In this document: positions 31,918 through 41,355 of the stretch, in pieces
Position numbering within the stretch: position 1 is the stretch's first letter
Layout of the letters: every line of letters starts with the position of its first letter
Assembly: GCA_040285745.1 (NCBI GenBank)
Contig: JAUFOR010000008.1
Span: forward strand, 1,240,001 to 1,304,000
DNA from: Barthelona sp. PCE
Lineage: Eukaryota
DNA: 64,000 bases
Direction of reading: 5' to 3'
Notes under the pieces: model-generated
Told to the model about the DNA's origin: nothing
The model's database searches: none
What the model saw: only the letters and a program-made list of their open reading frames with translations
Translations under genes and position numbers: made by a program

Positions 31918-33138
31918 ATGCTCGGTGTTCCTGGATCAAATTCAGACGGTGAACAAACACTTTACCCAGAGATGCTTTTCAATATCACACGTTTTCGACG
32001 TCCAATTTCCTTTTCCCATCTCATTTGGCTTTTGTGGATACCATTCGGATTCTGCTTGATGGTGATCAGAATCCTCCTGCTCTTATTGTCATCAGCAATT
32101 CTCTTCAGGCTTTCAGCTCTGCTCCACTTTGAAGATCAATTCTTCCGCATATTTGCCCTTTTCATGGGTTTTGTGATCAAGGTAGATGATCCTACTGGTC
32201 TGATGCGCAACCACACATGCCCTGTCATCGTTGCTAACCACACAAGTGAGTTTGACTCAGTTGCTATTAGAGTTCTATTTGGCAACCGCATGTCTATCAT
32301 TGCACCCAAGTTTTACAAGAAGAGTATGCTCACCCGTAGCTTTGTCCACCTCCTGAACCCTCTATACACAGAAATTAAGAAGGAGAGGAGATATATTCTA
32401 CAGCAGAAAATTAAGAAGCATGTTAATGAACTCGGTGATGAGAAACCTCTCATTCTCTTCCCTGAGGGATGTCTGAGTAATGGAAAGCATTGTTTATTGC
32501 AATACCAAAAGTTTTGTTTTTCATTAGAAAAGAAAGTATTAGTTTTGGCTTTGCGATTCAATAACCCGTTCCACAAGGTCCTCAATCTTGACCACCTGAC
32601 TGCCAGCGTACTTAGCAATATTCTATGGATGTTTTCATGTCCGTATAATGTGATTGAGGCACATCCTATAGAAGAAGCTGCCATTGAAGAGGGGGAGACC
32701 CCAATTGACTTTGCTGCACGTTGCCAGGAGGTTACAGCCAGGCACCTTGGCCTTGATCCTTCGATGTTATCAAAGAAAGATAAGTATAAGCTCGTTAAGA
32801 AGTATTTCGCAATCCGTAACGTCAAGTATGATTCTGACGCGCTGGGCTTTAAGTTCGGGCTAGGCCTTCAATCGTATGATAATGCTATTGACAAGCACTC
32901 TCGTCGTGTACACCGTCGTGAGGCAAGAAGAGAACGTAGAGCAGAACGTAGGCGCGAAAGACGAGAGCGTGGTGAAAACAGTGAACCAAGAGTACGTAGA
33001 AGAAGAGTTCCAAGAACCCCAAGAACCCCCAGACGACCAATGCGTCGTCGTGCTGTAAGCACTGTCAAGCGTGGCTTCCGTTTTGTGGGCCATGGTGTTG
33101 CTGGAACCCTCCTGAGGTCAAAAAATAAGCAGGAATAA
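31918..33138 (+). CDS. Lysophospholipid acyltransferase / AUP1-like protein with an Arg-rich tail
   Basis: VANHTSEFD (HxxxxD) and LILFPEG motifs, N-terminal membrane segment. Confidence 0.82.
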   Translation: MLGVPGSNSDGEQTLYPEMLFNITRFRRPISFSHLIWLLWIPFGFCLMVIRILLLLLSSAILFRLSALLHFEDQFFRIFALFMGFVIKVDDPTGLMRNHTCPVIVANHTSEFDSVAIRVLFGNRMSIIAPKFYKKSMLTRSFVHLLNPLYTEIKKERRYILQQKIKKHVNELGDEKPLILFPEGCLSNGKHCLLQYQKFCFSLEKKVLVLALRFNNPFHKVLNLDHLTASVLSNILWMFSCPYNVIEAHPIEEAAIEEGETPIDFAARCQEVTARHLGLDPSMLSKKDKYKLVKKYFAIRNVKYDSDALGFKFGLGLQSYDNAIDKHSRRVHRREARRERRAERRRERRERGENSEPRVRRRRVPRTPRTPRRPMRRRAVSTVKRGFRFVGHGVAGTLLRSKNKQE

Positions 33139-33182
33139 TTAGTAAATATTGGATTCTTGTTTTGATATAAAATCCTCTTTCA

Positions 33183-34574
33183 ATGCCATTCGATACATCT
33201 AGGCCTTTTATGGGGTCTGAAAGTGGCACGTTAACCTCCACAGTACCAGAATTGACGCTCCCTTCAGAAGATTTCGAAAGTTTACCTTCTTCTTTGCCTT
33301 CTTTCGATCCGTTCAACGAAGGTGAGACTTTCGAGACGTACGGGGTCGATCACCTGTCCACGATGCCTGAACACACGCTGGGAAATATACAGTTTACAAA
33401 CCCAAATGAGGTTAAAGAGCAACTTGACGTTAAACAGAATACACTCTACTACGAAGACAGTGTTTCGGAGGAGGACATCCCAGATCCTATTTTAGAGCTC
33501 GAAGTAGATTCATTTTCTAAACCAGATTTTGAATCCTCTTCCAATCCTTTTGGAATACGAGAATTTTATCCCAAACCGAAAACAATCCCGGCCAGGGTCT
33601 CATCGTCCTTTAACAGTCGTCCATTCTCTTTCCAAAAACAATCACAGCAAAATAATTCTTTGAATCTTAATTCACAAACATTGAACTATAATGCATTACC
33701 ACAATTCACTCCAAAGTTCCTCCCCAACCTTAATCAGTTCGAGGAACATAAAGGAGCAGTTATTTATTATCATAACAAGTACAAAATTGGGTTTTTAATT
33801 AACACAAAACGTGAATTGCTGTTTTTTTCCTTTCCTTCAAAGCTTTTCATAGGACATCCGGTCAAGTACCGCATAGGACAAGGTACAAATGCTCTCAAGA
33901 TAGCTGGAGGGATATTCCCCAACCAGCGCACTGAATCGTTCGTTAATGGCACTGTCCAGCATGGTTTTGTTTATAAATGGCTCCGGTTCTATGGTTTCTT
34001 AAAGTGCCAGTGCGGCCTTGAGGTGTACTTCACAAAGGATCGCGTCAGAAACAACGTGCCTATTAGAGAGGGTGACGTTGTTAAGTTCAACGCCGCATAT
34101 TCAAATGGTAAGCCCCAGGCACGTAACGTAGAGGTGTTAGGTAGACTCCCACCCCTCCTCATAGGATTTGTACTCGCAGTCATCAATGATGGTATCTTTA
34201 TATACTCGCCTGGTGCAGACATGGGGGTGAGTATGAACCAGAGCGATGCGTACAAGTATACAAATTGCATCTTCTTCTCGAACATTGCGATGAACATTGG
34301 TCAGATCGTAACCTTCACGGCCGGAGTCGACACAACAGGTTATTGGCAAGCAAGCAATCTCATGCTGCTGAATCCAATGGGATCAGGCCGAGTCTCGCAA
34401 TGGGACGGGCGTAAAGGCGAGGGATACATTGATTTCCACTCCCTTAAAGTATACATCCACAGTTCACATTTACAATCGAAACGGGATGTGGAGTTGGGTG
34501 ATGAGATATCGTTCGTTTTAGTGTTTGATAAGCTCATTCCACAGGCTAGAGAGGCAGTGTTGATCCAGATGTAG
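33183..34574 (+). CDS. Multiple cold-shock/OB-fold nucleic-acid-binding protein
   Basis: GFVYKWLRFYGFL…VYF…EGDVVKF…PQARNV and GRVSQWDGRKGEGYI…VYIH…GDEISF…PQARE repeats. Confidence 0.75.
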   Translation: MPFDTSRPFMGSESGTLTSTVPELTLPSEDFESLPSSLPSFDPFNEGETFETYGVDHLSTMPEHTLGNIQFTNPNEVKEQLDVKQNTLYYEDSVSEEDIPDPILELEVDSFSKPDFESSSNPFGIREFYPKPKTIPARVSSSFNSRPFSFQKQSQQNNSLNLNSQTLNYNALPQFTPKFLPNLNQFEEHKGAVIYYHNKYKIGFLINTKRELLFFSFPSKLFIGHPVKYRIGQGTNALKIAGGIFPNQRTESFVNGTVQHGFVYKWLRFYGFLKCQCGLEVYFTKDRVRNNVPIREGDVVKFNAAYSNGKPQARNVEVLGRLPPLLIGFVLAVINDGIFIYSPGADMGVSMNQSDAYKYTNCIFFSNIAMNIGQIVTFTAGVDTTGYWQASNLMLLNPMGSGRVSQWDGRKGEGYIDFHSLKVYIHSSHLQSKRDVELGDEISFVLVFDKLIPQAREAVLIQM

Positions 34575-34647
34575 CTCTAGCACGATAGATAGTTAGTAAA
34601 TAGCAGTAGTTACAATTGCTTTTAATTTATAATCAATTCTTTACATG

Positions 34648-36735
34648 CTAGAATGCGTGTTTCACTTGCGAATCACGCCAATCTGAAAGCATCGCAAGTA
34701 TATCGTTCTCAAGCGTATCGTCTTTGGGCGCCTCACTCACACTCTCGTTGGCCAAATCCTGCATCTCTTTCTGTGCTTCTTCAGGTAGTTCCTCATAGTC
34801 CAACTGCTTCTTTGGCGAAGATTCAGAGGGTGCGTATGATAATTCACTTCCCTCGAGATACTTCTTTGCGTTTTCAACGTGCTCAACTGAAACATTCATT
34901 GGAGACCTGAATTCATCAGGCAACGGTGATGGCTTGATCTCAATAATGTGAGACCTGACCTCCTCTGACGGACTCGGTTGATAACAACTGTATGGAGGAC
35001 CCAGGGGACCTGGTACAGGGATGTGCTCCTTCTTAGGCGTATCTCTGATAGGAATCTGTACATCATCCACAAACATGGGCTTCTTCTGCTTGGCTTTGCT
35101 GCTTGTTGTTGGTGAAAGATAATGCGATGATGCTTTAGAAGAGGCAGACAATCGACGATGGGGCGTATGCACTGGGCTTGTGTACACCTTAGGTTTGAGC
35201 GTCTTTGCCGTTACAGGAGAAAAGGTGCACCCATCTAACTCACTTTCTGTTAGCAGCTCTCTCTTTCTGTTCAAGTGACGCTCCTTATACTCAAGAAACT
35301 TGACACCTCGGGAATACAGGTTGCCTTCGCGCTGCATCTCCTCAGCTATTATCTTTGTTGTTTGATCAAGTGAGGGTGAGAAGGTACACTTTGCCTTCTC
35401 TTCCTCTTCGATTTTCTTACGGAGTTGTTCGATCTTCTCCTTCTTCCTCATCTCCCACTCAATGCTCGACTTGTAAGCCTTTCCGCGTTTTGTACGCTGT
35501 TTGCGTGTCTCACCCAGATTACTCTTTCCAATCTTCTTTGTCGATCTCAAAATAGACGATGAAGAGTGTCCAAGAGGGGAACGGTGCGTGGTAGGTGACA
35601 TATGCGAAGGGGAAGTATACAGAGGCTTGCGCGGTGAGCTAGCCTTACTCAATATCTTCTTTGTTTTGTTGTTGATCTTTGGCGTGTGTGTGCATTCTTT
35701 TTGATCTTGCGATGGTGAGAGTGATTTATACTTCTTCTTCAACTTCCTACGCTCGTATAACTCAGTAAAAGTGCTGCTGTTTGTCATAACCTCTTCATTA
35801 GTATCAGGTACGAAATACTCCATCCCTGTTTCCTTGTCCTTCAGTTCCTCCTTAATTAGCTTCTCACGCAGCTTCTCACGCTTATACTCGAACTCCTCGG
35901 CATCATCGTATAGCCTGTTAGACACCACGCCCTCTTGTACACCTAGACGACGCGATTTCTTTGATAATTGAGGTGTGAAAGTTACATTCTCATCCAAAAT
36001 CTCTTCAGGCATATTCACACGTCTGTAGTGCTCGTCTGCGTACAGATCCCAGTCCTTAAAGATCGATCTGCGATTGTTTGATCTCTTCAACAATCTCTCG
36101 GACTGGAGTGAGGGTTTAGCACGAATCTTGAGCTCCTTCTCTTCCTCCTCGTTGATGTCATTGTCAACGTTGTCGATATTCTGGCGGCGGCGCTCATCCC
36201 ACTTCTTATTGTACTCATAAAAACTCATACCCTTGTATTGACGTTTGGCTAGTTTTCGTGAAGTGAAGGATATTTTTGGTTTGTTCTGAAGCTCTTCAAC
36301 CTCTTTCGACTGGAGTTTCTGTCGTTTTTCCTCAATCCCACGGTCACGGTTTGCCTCAAGTGCCAAACCACGGTGATATAACTCATCACCTTTTGATTCA
36401 AAGTGAGTTGGCATCACATACTCAAAAGGTCTCCTCTTGGGTGATTTGGACTTGGAAGACATGTTGATGATTGGTTTACGCTTCTTAGGCGACTTTGAAG
36501 GTGTATTATTTGATTCCTCCAATATCTCTGGGAGTTTGGCAGGAATCTCAGCTTGTTCATCTGTCTCTGTGTGTGTATTAGTGTCTGCGGGGGATTCTAT
36601 GACCTCTAACGGTACCTCTTGCACTGAGTTTGAAATTTGATCTGTTGTGACTGAGGCTTTACGCATAGGGTTGGCTTGCATCTCCACGGCCTCGGGAGTA
36701 CCTGTCACTGATATGTCGCTACTCATGCTGCTCAT
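34648..36735 (-). CDS. Low-complexity protein with repeated (C)TFxPxI/L motifs, probably cytoskeleton-associated
   Basis: VTFTPQLSKKS, CTHTPKINNKT, CTFSPSLDQTT, CTFSPVT, each after a charged helix. Confidence 0.7.
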   Translation of the reverse strand: MSSMSSDISVTGTPEAVEMQANPMRKASVTTDQISNSVQEVPLEVIESPADTNTHTETDEQAEIPAKLPEILEESNNTPSKSPKKRKPIINMSSKSKSPKRRPFEYVMPTHFESKGDELYHRGLALEANRDRGIEEKRQKLQSKEVEELQNKPKISFTSRKLAKRQYKGMSFYEYNKKWDERRRQNIDNVDNDINEEEEKELKIRAKPSLQSERLLKRSNNRRSIFKDWDLYADEHYRRVNMPEEILDENVTFTPQLSKKSRRLGVQEGVVSNRLYDDAEEFEYKREKLREKLIKEELKDKETGMEYFVPDTNEEVMTNSSTFTELYERRKLKKKYKSLSPSQDQKECTHTPKINNKTKKILSKASSPRKPLYTSPSHMSPTTHRSPLGHSSSSILRSTKKIGKSNLGETRKQRTKRGKAYKSSIEWEMRKKEKIEQLRKKIEEEEKAKCTFSPSLDQTTKIIAEEMQREGNLYSRGVKFLEYKERHLNRKRELLTESELDGCTFSPVTAKTLKPKVYTSPVHTPHRRLSASSKASSHYLSPTTSSKAKQKKPMFVDDVQIPIRDTPKKEHIPVPGPLGPPYSCYQPSPSEEVRSHIIEIKPSPLPDEFRSPMNVSVEHVENAKKYLEGSELSYAPSESSPKKQLDYEELPEEAQKEMQDLANESVSEAPKDDTLENDILAMLSDWRDSQVKHAF

Positions 36736-37247
36736 CCGAGAAAGTGTAAAACGGTAAAACAAATTTTTTTATTTTCGTTGACCTTGATTAACCTGCTTCA
36801 GGACGGATATGTGTTGCGTTTGACGCGTTACGCATGTGATTATCCCATAATCTATGGATAGTGTGATTTTTTTAGACAAAAACCTTATCATATTCAGTCA
36901 AGCTATGTTTTCAGTTATTTTCCCATGTTTTGAATCCATTATGTGCCAATAACACCATAAAAGTATCTCCTGAATTTGAAGAATGGTAGAATCTGTTGTG
37001 CAAATTGAAATACATTTTGTGGGCATATCGTATGTTTTATGACGTATATATTGAGTGAAATGGCTATTTGGTCCAGCTATGCGTTAGTAAACTGATGTTG
37101 AAGATGAATTGCAATTTTGTATAAATTTGTGCATATTACATGCATTCATTATCGTCAATAACGGTTTAGAGGGTAGACACCTTAACTGAACCAATAATAT
37201 ATGCACATAATTCTGTTTATTGTCAAACATTCCTTTTCACTGCACAC

Positions 37248-38012
37248 ATGAACCATTACACCAACCAGATGCTCAAAAAGTCTCACGTGTCGCGTTCTAA
37301 GCAGTCAGTTGCTTCAGATAGAATCGCCAGGAGCTGGGTTCAAGCTTTTTGTCTAAAACGTGGCAATGAACTGTTCTGTGAGGTTGATGCAGACTATATT
37401 CAAGACGACTTCAACCTCATTGGCCTTCATAACATTGTCCCGTTTTTTCAACAGAGCAAACGCATGATTTTAGATCAATTCGATAGTACCAAATACAACA
37501 ACACACAATTATACAGCTTTTCTGAGGGTGCCCGACTGCTTTACGGACTCATACATCTGCGATTTATTCTTACAACGAAGGGGCTCTTGAAAATGGCAAA
37601 GAAACATGTATCCGGTCATTTCGGAATTTGCCCTCGCGTAAAGTGTAACAAACAAAAGGTAGTACCCGTGGGACTACACGACAACATTGGAGAAAGCAAT
37701 GTTCGACTTTATTGCCCCAAATGCAATAATGTTTATGAGCCTCCACATTCTCGTCATAAATCTGTTGACGGTGGCTTCTTCGGAACAACTTTTCCTCACC
37801 TTTTCCTGTTGGAGTTCCCTAAATTCAGAAAATTTCAGTTATATGAAACGTTTACACCAAAGATTTTTGGCTTTAAAATTAGAAAACCAGATGCTGAACC
37901 AAAAAAAGAAGAGCAGCCTAAACCAAACATGACAGAACCTACAAACGATAACAGGAATAGCTTGCCTAACCTCCTCCCTACTAATTCAACTGTTAAGAAC
38001 GTCGTGCAGTAG
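37248..38012 (+). CDS. CSNK2B: Casein kinase II regulatory subunit beta
   Basis: FCEVDADYIQDDFNLIGL, LLYGLIHLRFILT, CPRVKC…YCPKC, DGGFFGTTFPH. Confidence 0.93.
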   Translation: MNHYTNQMLKKSHVSRSKQSVASDRIARSWVQAFCLKRGNELFCEVDADYIQDDFNLIGLHNIVPFFQQSKRMILDQFDSTKYNNTQLYSFSEGARLLYGLIHLRFILTTKGLLKMAKKHVSGHFGICPRVKCNKQKVVPVGLHDNIGESNVRLYCPKCNNVYEPPHSRHKSVDGGFFGTTFPHLFLLEFPKFRKFQLYETFTPKIFGFKIRKPDAEPKKEEQPKPNMTEPTNDNRNSLPNLLPTNSTVKNVVQ

Positions 38013-38433
38013 TTATTTGAATAAATCAGTGCTTTTAATGTTGTTTATGTTTTTTTCTCCTGATGCATACTTGCACATCTGGTTATTCGACCCATGTTAC
38101 AACGTGCAATGTATTTTGTGGCTGTTTGCAATTGGGTTGTTGTGTTTTCAAAAGATAGGATTTAGGAAAGCGATATCTCAGTTTTGATGAAGATACGGTC
38201 AGCTTTACTCTCCAGATATGTGCTTTGTGGGCCAGGTTATTTGGGTAAATTCATGCATTTGGGTTTTTTATTGGTTGTCCTCATTTTAGTCATAAATCAT
38301 GTGGATTTTCGAGTTGTATGGACATATAGTTCAAATAATCCACATTCCAATATCGTAATATCATGGATACATACTACCTAACGATTTAGTAATTGTGTCA
38401 TTTTTTTTATCCCTTTTCACGCATCGCTGTTTC

Positions 38434-41130
38434 ATGAAATACTTTTCTGTTGTTAAAAATAGTTTTGAAGAGGTTAAAATAGCTTTCCTGAGGTATTGTG
38501 AGGATAAATCACTGAAATGGAAAAAATCAGATGGGATTGAAGGGATTAATGATCAATGCTTTTACATTTATACTAAAGAGGCTAATAACAACTATTTAGA
38601 TTTAGACACTACCGAAAGACTTAAGTATATTTACCAGAACGACAAAGTTTTTGGAGTTATCAAACCAGAAGAATTTGAAAATCATTGTATTGTTATATTA
38701 CGTGATTCAGAAGGTATTAAAATCCTTAAGGATCTATTTTTAGACTTCGATATTGATTTTCCACGGTTTTATGCTGCTAAAATGGGAATGTTCAATGACC
38801 AAATTGCCACAATTACCGAGTACGAACAACTTCAGTGGTCAACTATTAAAAAGAAACCGTTCAAGATGGTAAAGAGCACTTCTGATTCGGAGGGATTGGA
38901 TCTTGAGGAGAGTTCTTTGGGTTTATACAGTGAAATACACTTTAAAATCAATACTGAAGTTGAAGAAAATGCGCAAAGTCAGAAACAGAATGCAGAAGAA
39001 TTTTTTTGTGACTCGTACAGAAAAGAAGCTATATACACACCGTATGCAATTGGTTTTAACCATACTGAAACCAGTGATCAATTGATAAGAAAAATTATTT
39101 GTTGTTATAACAATGAGCAACTGCCACTTGATATTGTACAGCCATGTTTAAAGAAAGTTTCGCTTGAAAATGATCATTTCCTTAGCTATTTTAGCTGTGT
39201 TGATGAAGTAGAGCTGAATATTCCATCTGAAATGATTGGTGAGGATAACTCAGTTTATTGTACCAATAAGATAGGTTTTTTATCATTATTTGCTGCAATG
39301 GTTGCAGTAGAGAGAGATATTGATTCGTCTGAGGATCTAATTATCAATTTAAGTACTGTCTTGGAATATTTTGATAAGTTCAAACAGATTGCAGAATGTT
39401 TTAGAAAACATTCCGAAAATTGTTTTTTTATTGCCAAATTTGAAGGAATTCAAACAAGACCAATTAGGTTTTCAACAGCTGATGGGGCTCCTCTACAACA
39501 GAATTTAATTCAGAATCCAATTAGGGCCATTAGTCCCTACCATCATGGAGGAGCAAACGGATTTGATACAACGTTTCGATCTAAACCCATTGAAGCAGCG
39601 GATGATTTAAGAAGTTGGGTTAATAGTATTTTGGATTTAAGTCATCCTAATTTCTTTATTCTAAGCTGTGTTTTAGGAATGTTGATGAAGCATTTAAAAG
39701 TTGGTGGGAAAATCTTTTTGCATAATGTTACTGTTCTTCATCGAGTTGATAACGTATGTGTTGTTTATTCTGATGGTGTATGGAGAAGATTTACGAATAA
39801 TTTCATTGAAAATATTAATGATAGGGTCGAACAAATATTTGAACTGAGCAGAAGAATATTCGAAGATATTTTTCCTGAAGATAGCATCCCTTTATATCAA
39901 TCTAAGAACATGATGAAAAGAAAGGAAGATGGAAAAACCACTAAAGTTCCTAGAATTGGAAAAAATTGGTTACCAAAGTTTAAACATAAACATATGGCAG
40001 AGAGTGAAGTCAACTGTACTATTGCTTTATGCAAGCAAAATGTTTTGCTTGATAAAGATTGTGTTTATCCACTTGACGGTAAAGAAAATTTTGAGCTTTG
40101 TGATATATTATTATTTGATCGAACAAACAGAAAACAGTATTTCCTTCATGTCAAGAACGATAAAGATGACGAAAAAGTTTTTAATCAGTTACACACCTCT
40201 TATGATATGATCAATTCATCCTTTTTCAAAATGAATGATGAGTTGAAGGATAAGGTAGAAAACAGTATCAAAAATCGATTAACATCTACTAATGATGATT
40301 CTAATACATTTATCACTAATTCCGACTTAAATCCAGATAAGTATTGTTTTGGAGTTGTTTTTGTTACTAATCTTCCGACTAGAGTGTTTGAAGGAGAAAG
40401 TATAAGTCTAAAGCTAAGTGTATTGCGTGCAAAAAGAATCATTGGTAATCGGTTTATACTGGGAACTTTTCCCGCTCAACATGCAGAGTACAGATGGATT
40501 GAAAAAAAAATACCATGCATCAGACCAATTATAAGAATGCCCAATTTAAGTGATTACAACCTTATAATAAGTAAGAAGTTTTGTAATGCAATTCTGGATG
40601 ATGAAACAATCTTCTATGATTTGTTGAAAGATGTTAACGACAATCGTTTATTGAACAGTAACTTAGTTTATGTGCTTGATAGATCGATTAATGAGCGTGA
40701 TAAGTATTCAATGTTGGTGTTAGAGTTTAAGCATGCTTTTTCTTGTAATAATGGACAGAGTTTACTACATTTTTTTGTTCCCATTGTTTGCATGATGGTT
40801 GAGGGCAAGAAGCAGTTTATTCCATTCATGCACTTCCATTCGATGTGTCCGTTGGAATACAATCCTCATCTTAATTTATCAACAGTTATAAGTGATTTGG
40901 TAGAGAGAAATAGACACATACAAAAAAAAACAAAAACACCAAAAGGCTGTATGTTTTACGATATTTCCAATGAAAAATGGAAAAATGAACTATTTGAGAT
41001 TGTAGGTGCTGTCAAACACATTAATGATCATTCTAAGTTTTTGCATCCGTTCAAATTGAATCCTTCACTTAATCGTGCCCGTAGAATACAATCTGATGGT
41101 ATTGACCCAAAAATTCAAGCAACTCAATAA
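38434..41130 (+). CDS. AT-rich 898-aa protein with a TIGR04141/DUF6119-like putative nuclease domain
   Basis: DGVWRRFTNNFIENIN…ESEVN…LLDKD…FELCDILL…FLHVKN…VFNQLHTS. Confidence 0.6.
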   Translation: MKYFSVVKNSFEEVKIAFLRYCEDKSLKWKKSDGIEGINDQCFYIYTKEANNNYLDLDTTERLKYIYQNDKVFGVIKPEEFENHCIVILRDSEGIKILKDLFLDFDIDFPRFYAAKMGMFNDQIATITEYEQLQWSTIKKKPFKMVKSTSDSEGLDLEESSLGLYSEIHFKINTEVEENAQSQKQNAEEFFCDSYRKEAIYTPYAIGFNHTETSDQLIRKIICCYNNEQLPLDIVQPCLKKVSLENDHFLSYFSCVDEVELNIPSEMIGEDNSVYCTNKIGFLSLFAAMVAVERDIDSSEDLIINLSTVLEYFDKFKQIAECFRKHSENCFFIAKFEGIQTRPIRFSTADGAPLQQNLIQNPIRAISPYHHGGANGFDTTFRSKPIEAADDLRSWVNSILDLSHPNFFILSCVLGMLMKHLKVGGKIFLHNVTVLHRVDNVCVVYSDGVWRRFTNNFIENINDRVEQIFELSRRIFEDIFPEDSIPLYQSKNMMKRKEDGKTTKVPRIGKNWLPKFKHKHMAESEVNCTIALCKQNVLLDKDCVYPLDGKENFELCDILLFDRTNRKQYFLHVKNDKDDEKVFNQLHTSYDMINSSFFKMNDELKDKVENSIKNRLTSTNDDSNTFITNSDLNPDKYCFGVVFVTNLPTRVFEGESISLKLSVLRAKRIIGNRFILGTFPAQHAEYRWIEKKIPCIRPIIRMPNLSDYNLIISKKFCNAILDDETIFYDLLKDVNDNRLLNSNLVYVLDRSINERDKYSMLVLEFKHAFSCNNGQSLLHFFVPIVCMMVEGKKQFIPFMHFHSMCPLEYNPHLNLSTVISDLVERNRHIQKKTKTPKGCMFYDISNEKWKNELFEIVGAVKHINDHSKFLHPFKLNPSLNRARRIQSDGIDPKIQATQ

Positions 41131-41355
41131 ACAAAAGACTTTTTCTGCTTTTTCAAAATGGCTATAAGTTATTCCTTGATGATATGAGTGCATTTGAGCA
41201 AGAAAACATCTTATACTAAAGCATTTGGGTTTTTTAGGTTTTTTTTCTTTACATTTGGGCTTTCTTGAGGATCTTCCTTCCCAAAAGGGATGAACTTTGC
41301 TATTTAGAGTTAGTTTGAATTCAGATTTTCTAAGGTTCAAACATGGTCCATTGAT

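Noticed and set aside
32900-33050. Purine-rich repetitive tract as a separate repeat or array
   Set aside because: It encodes the Arg-rich tail of the acyltransferase; the 16760-16792 tract is likewise an (EP)n coding repeat
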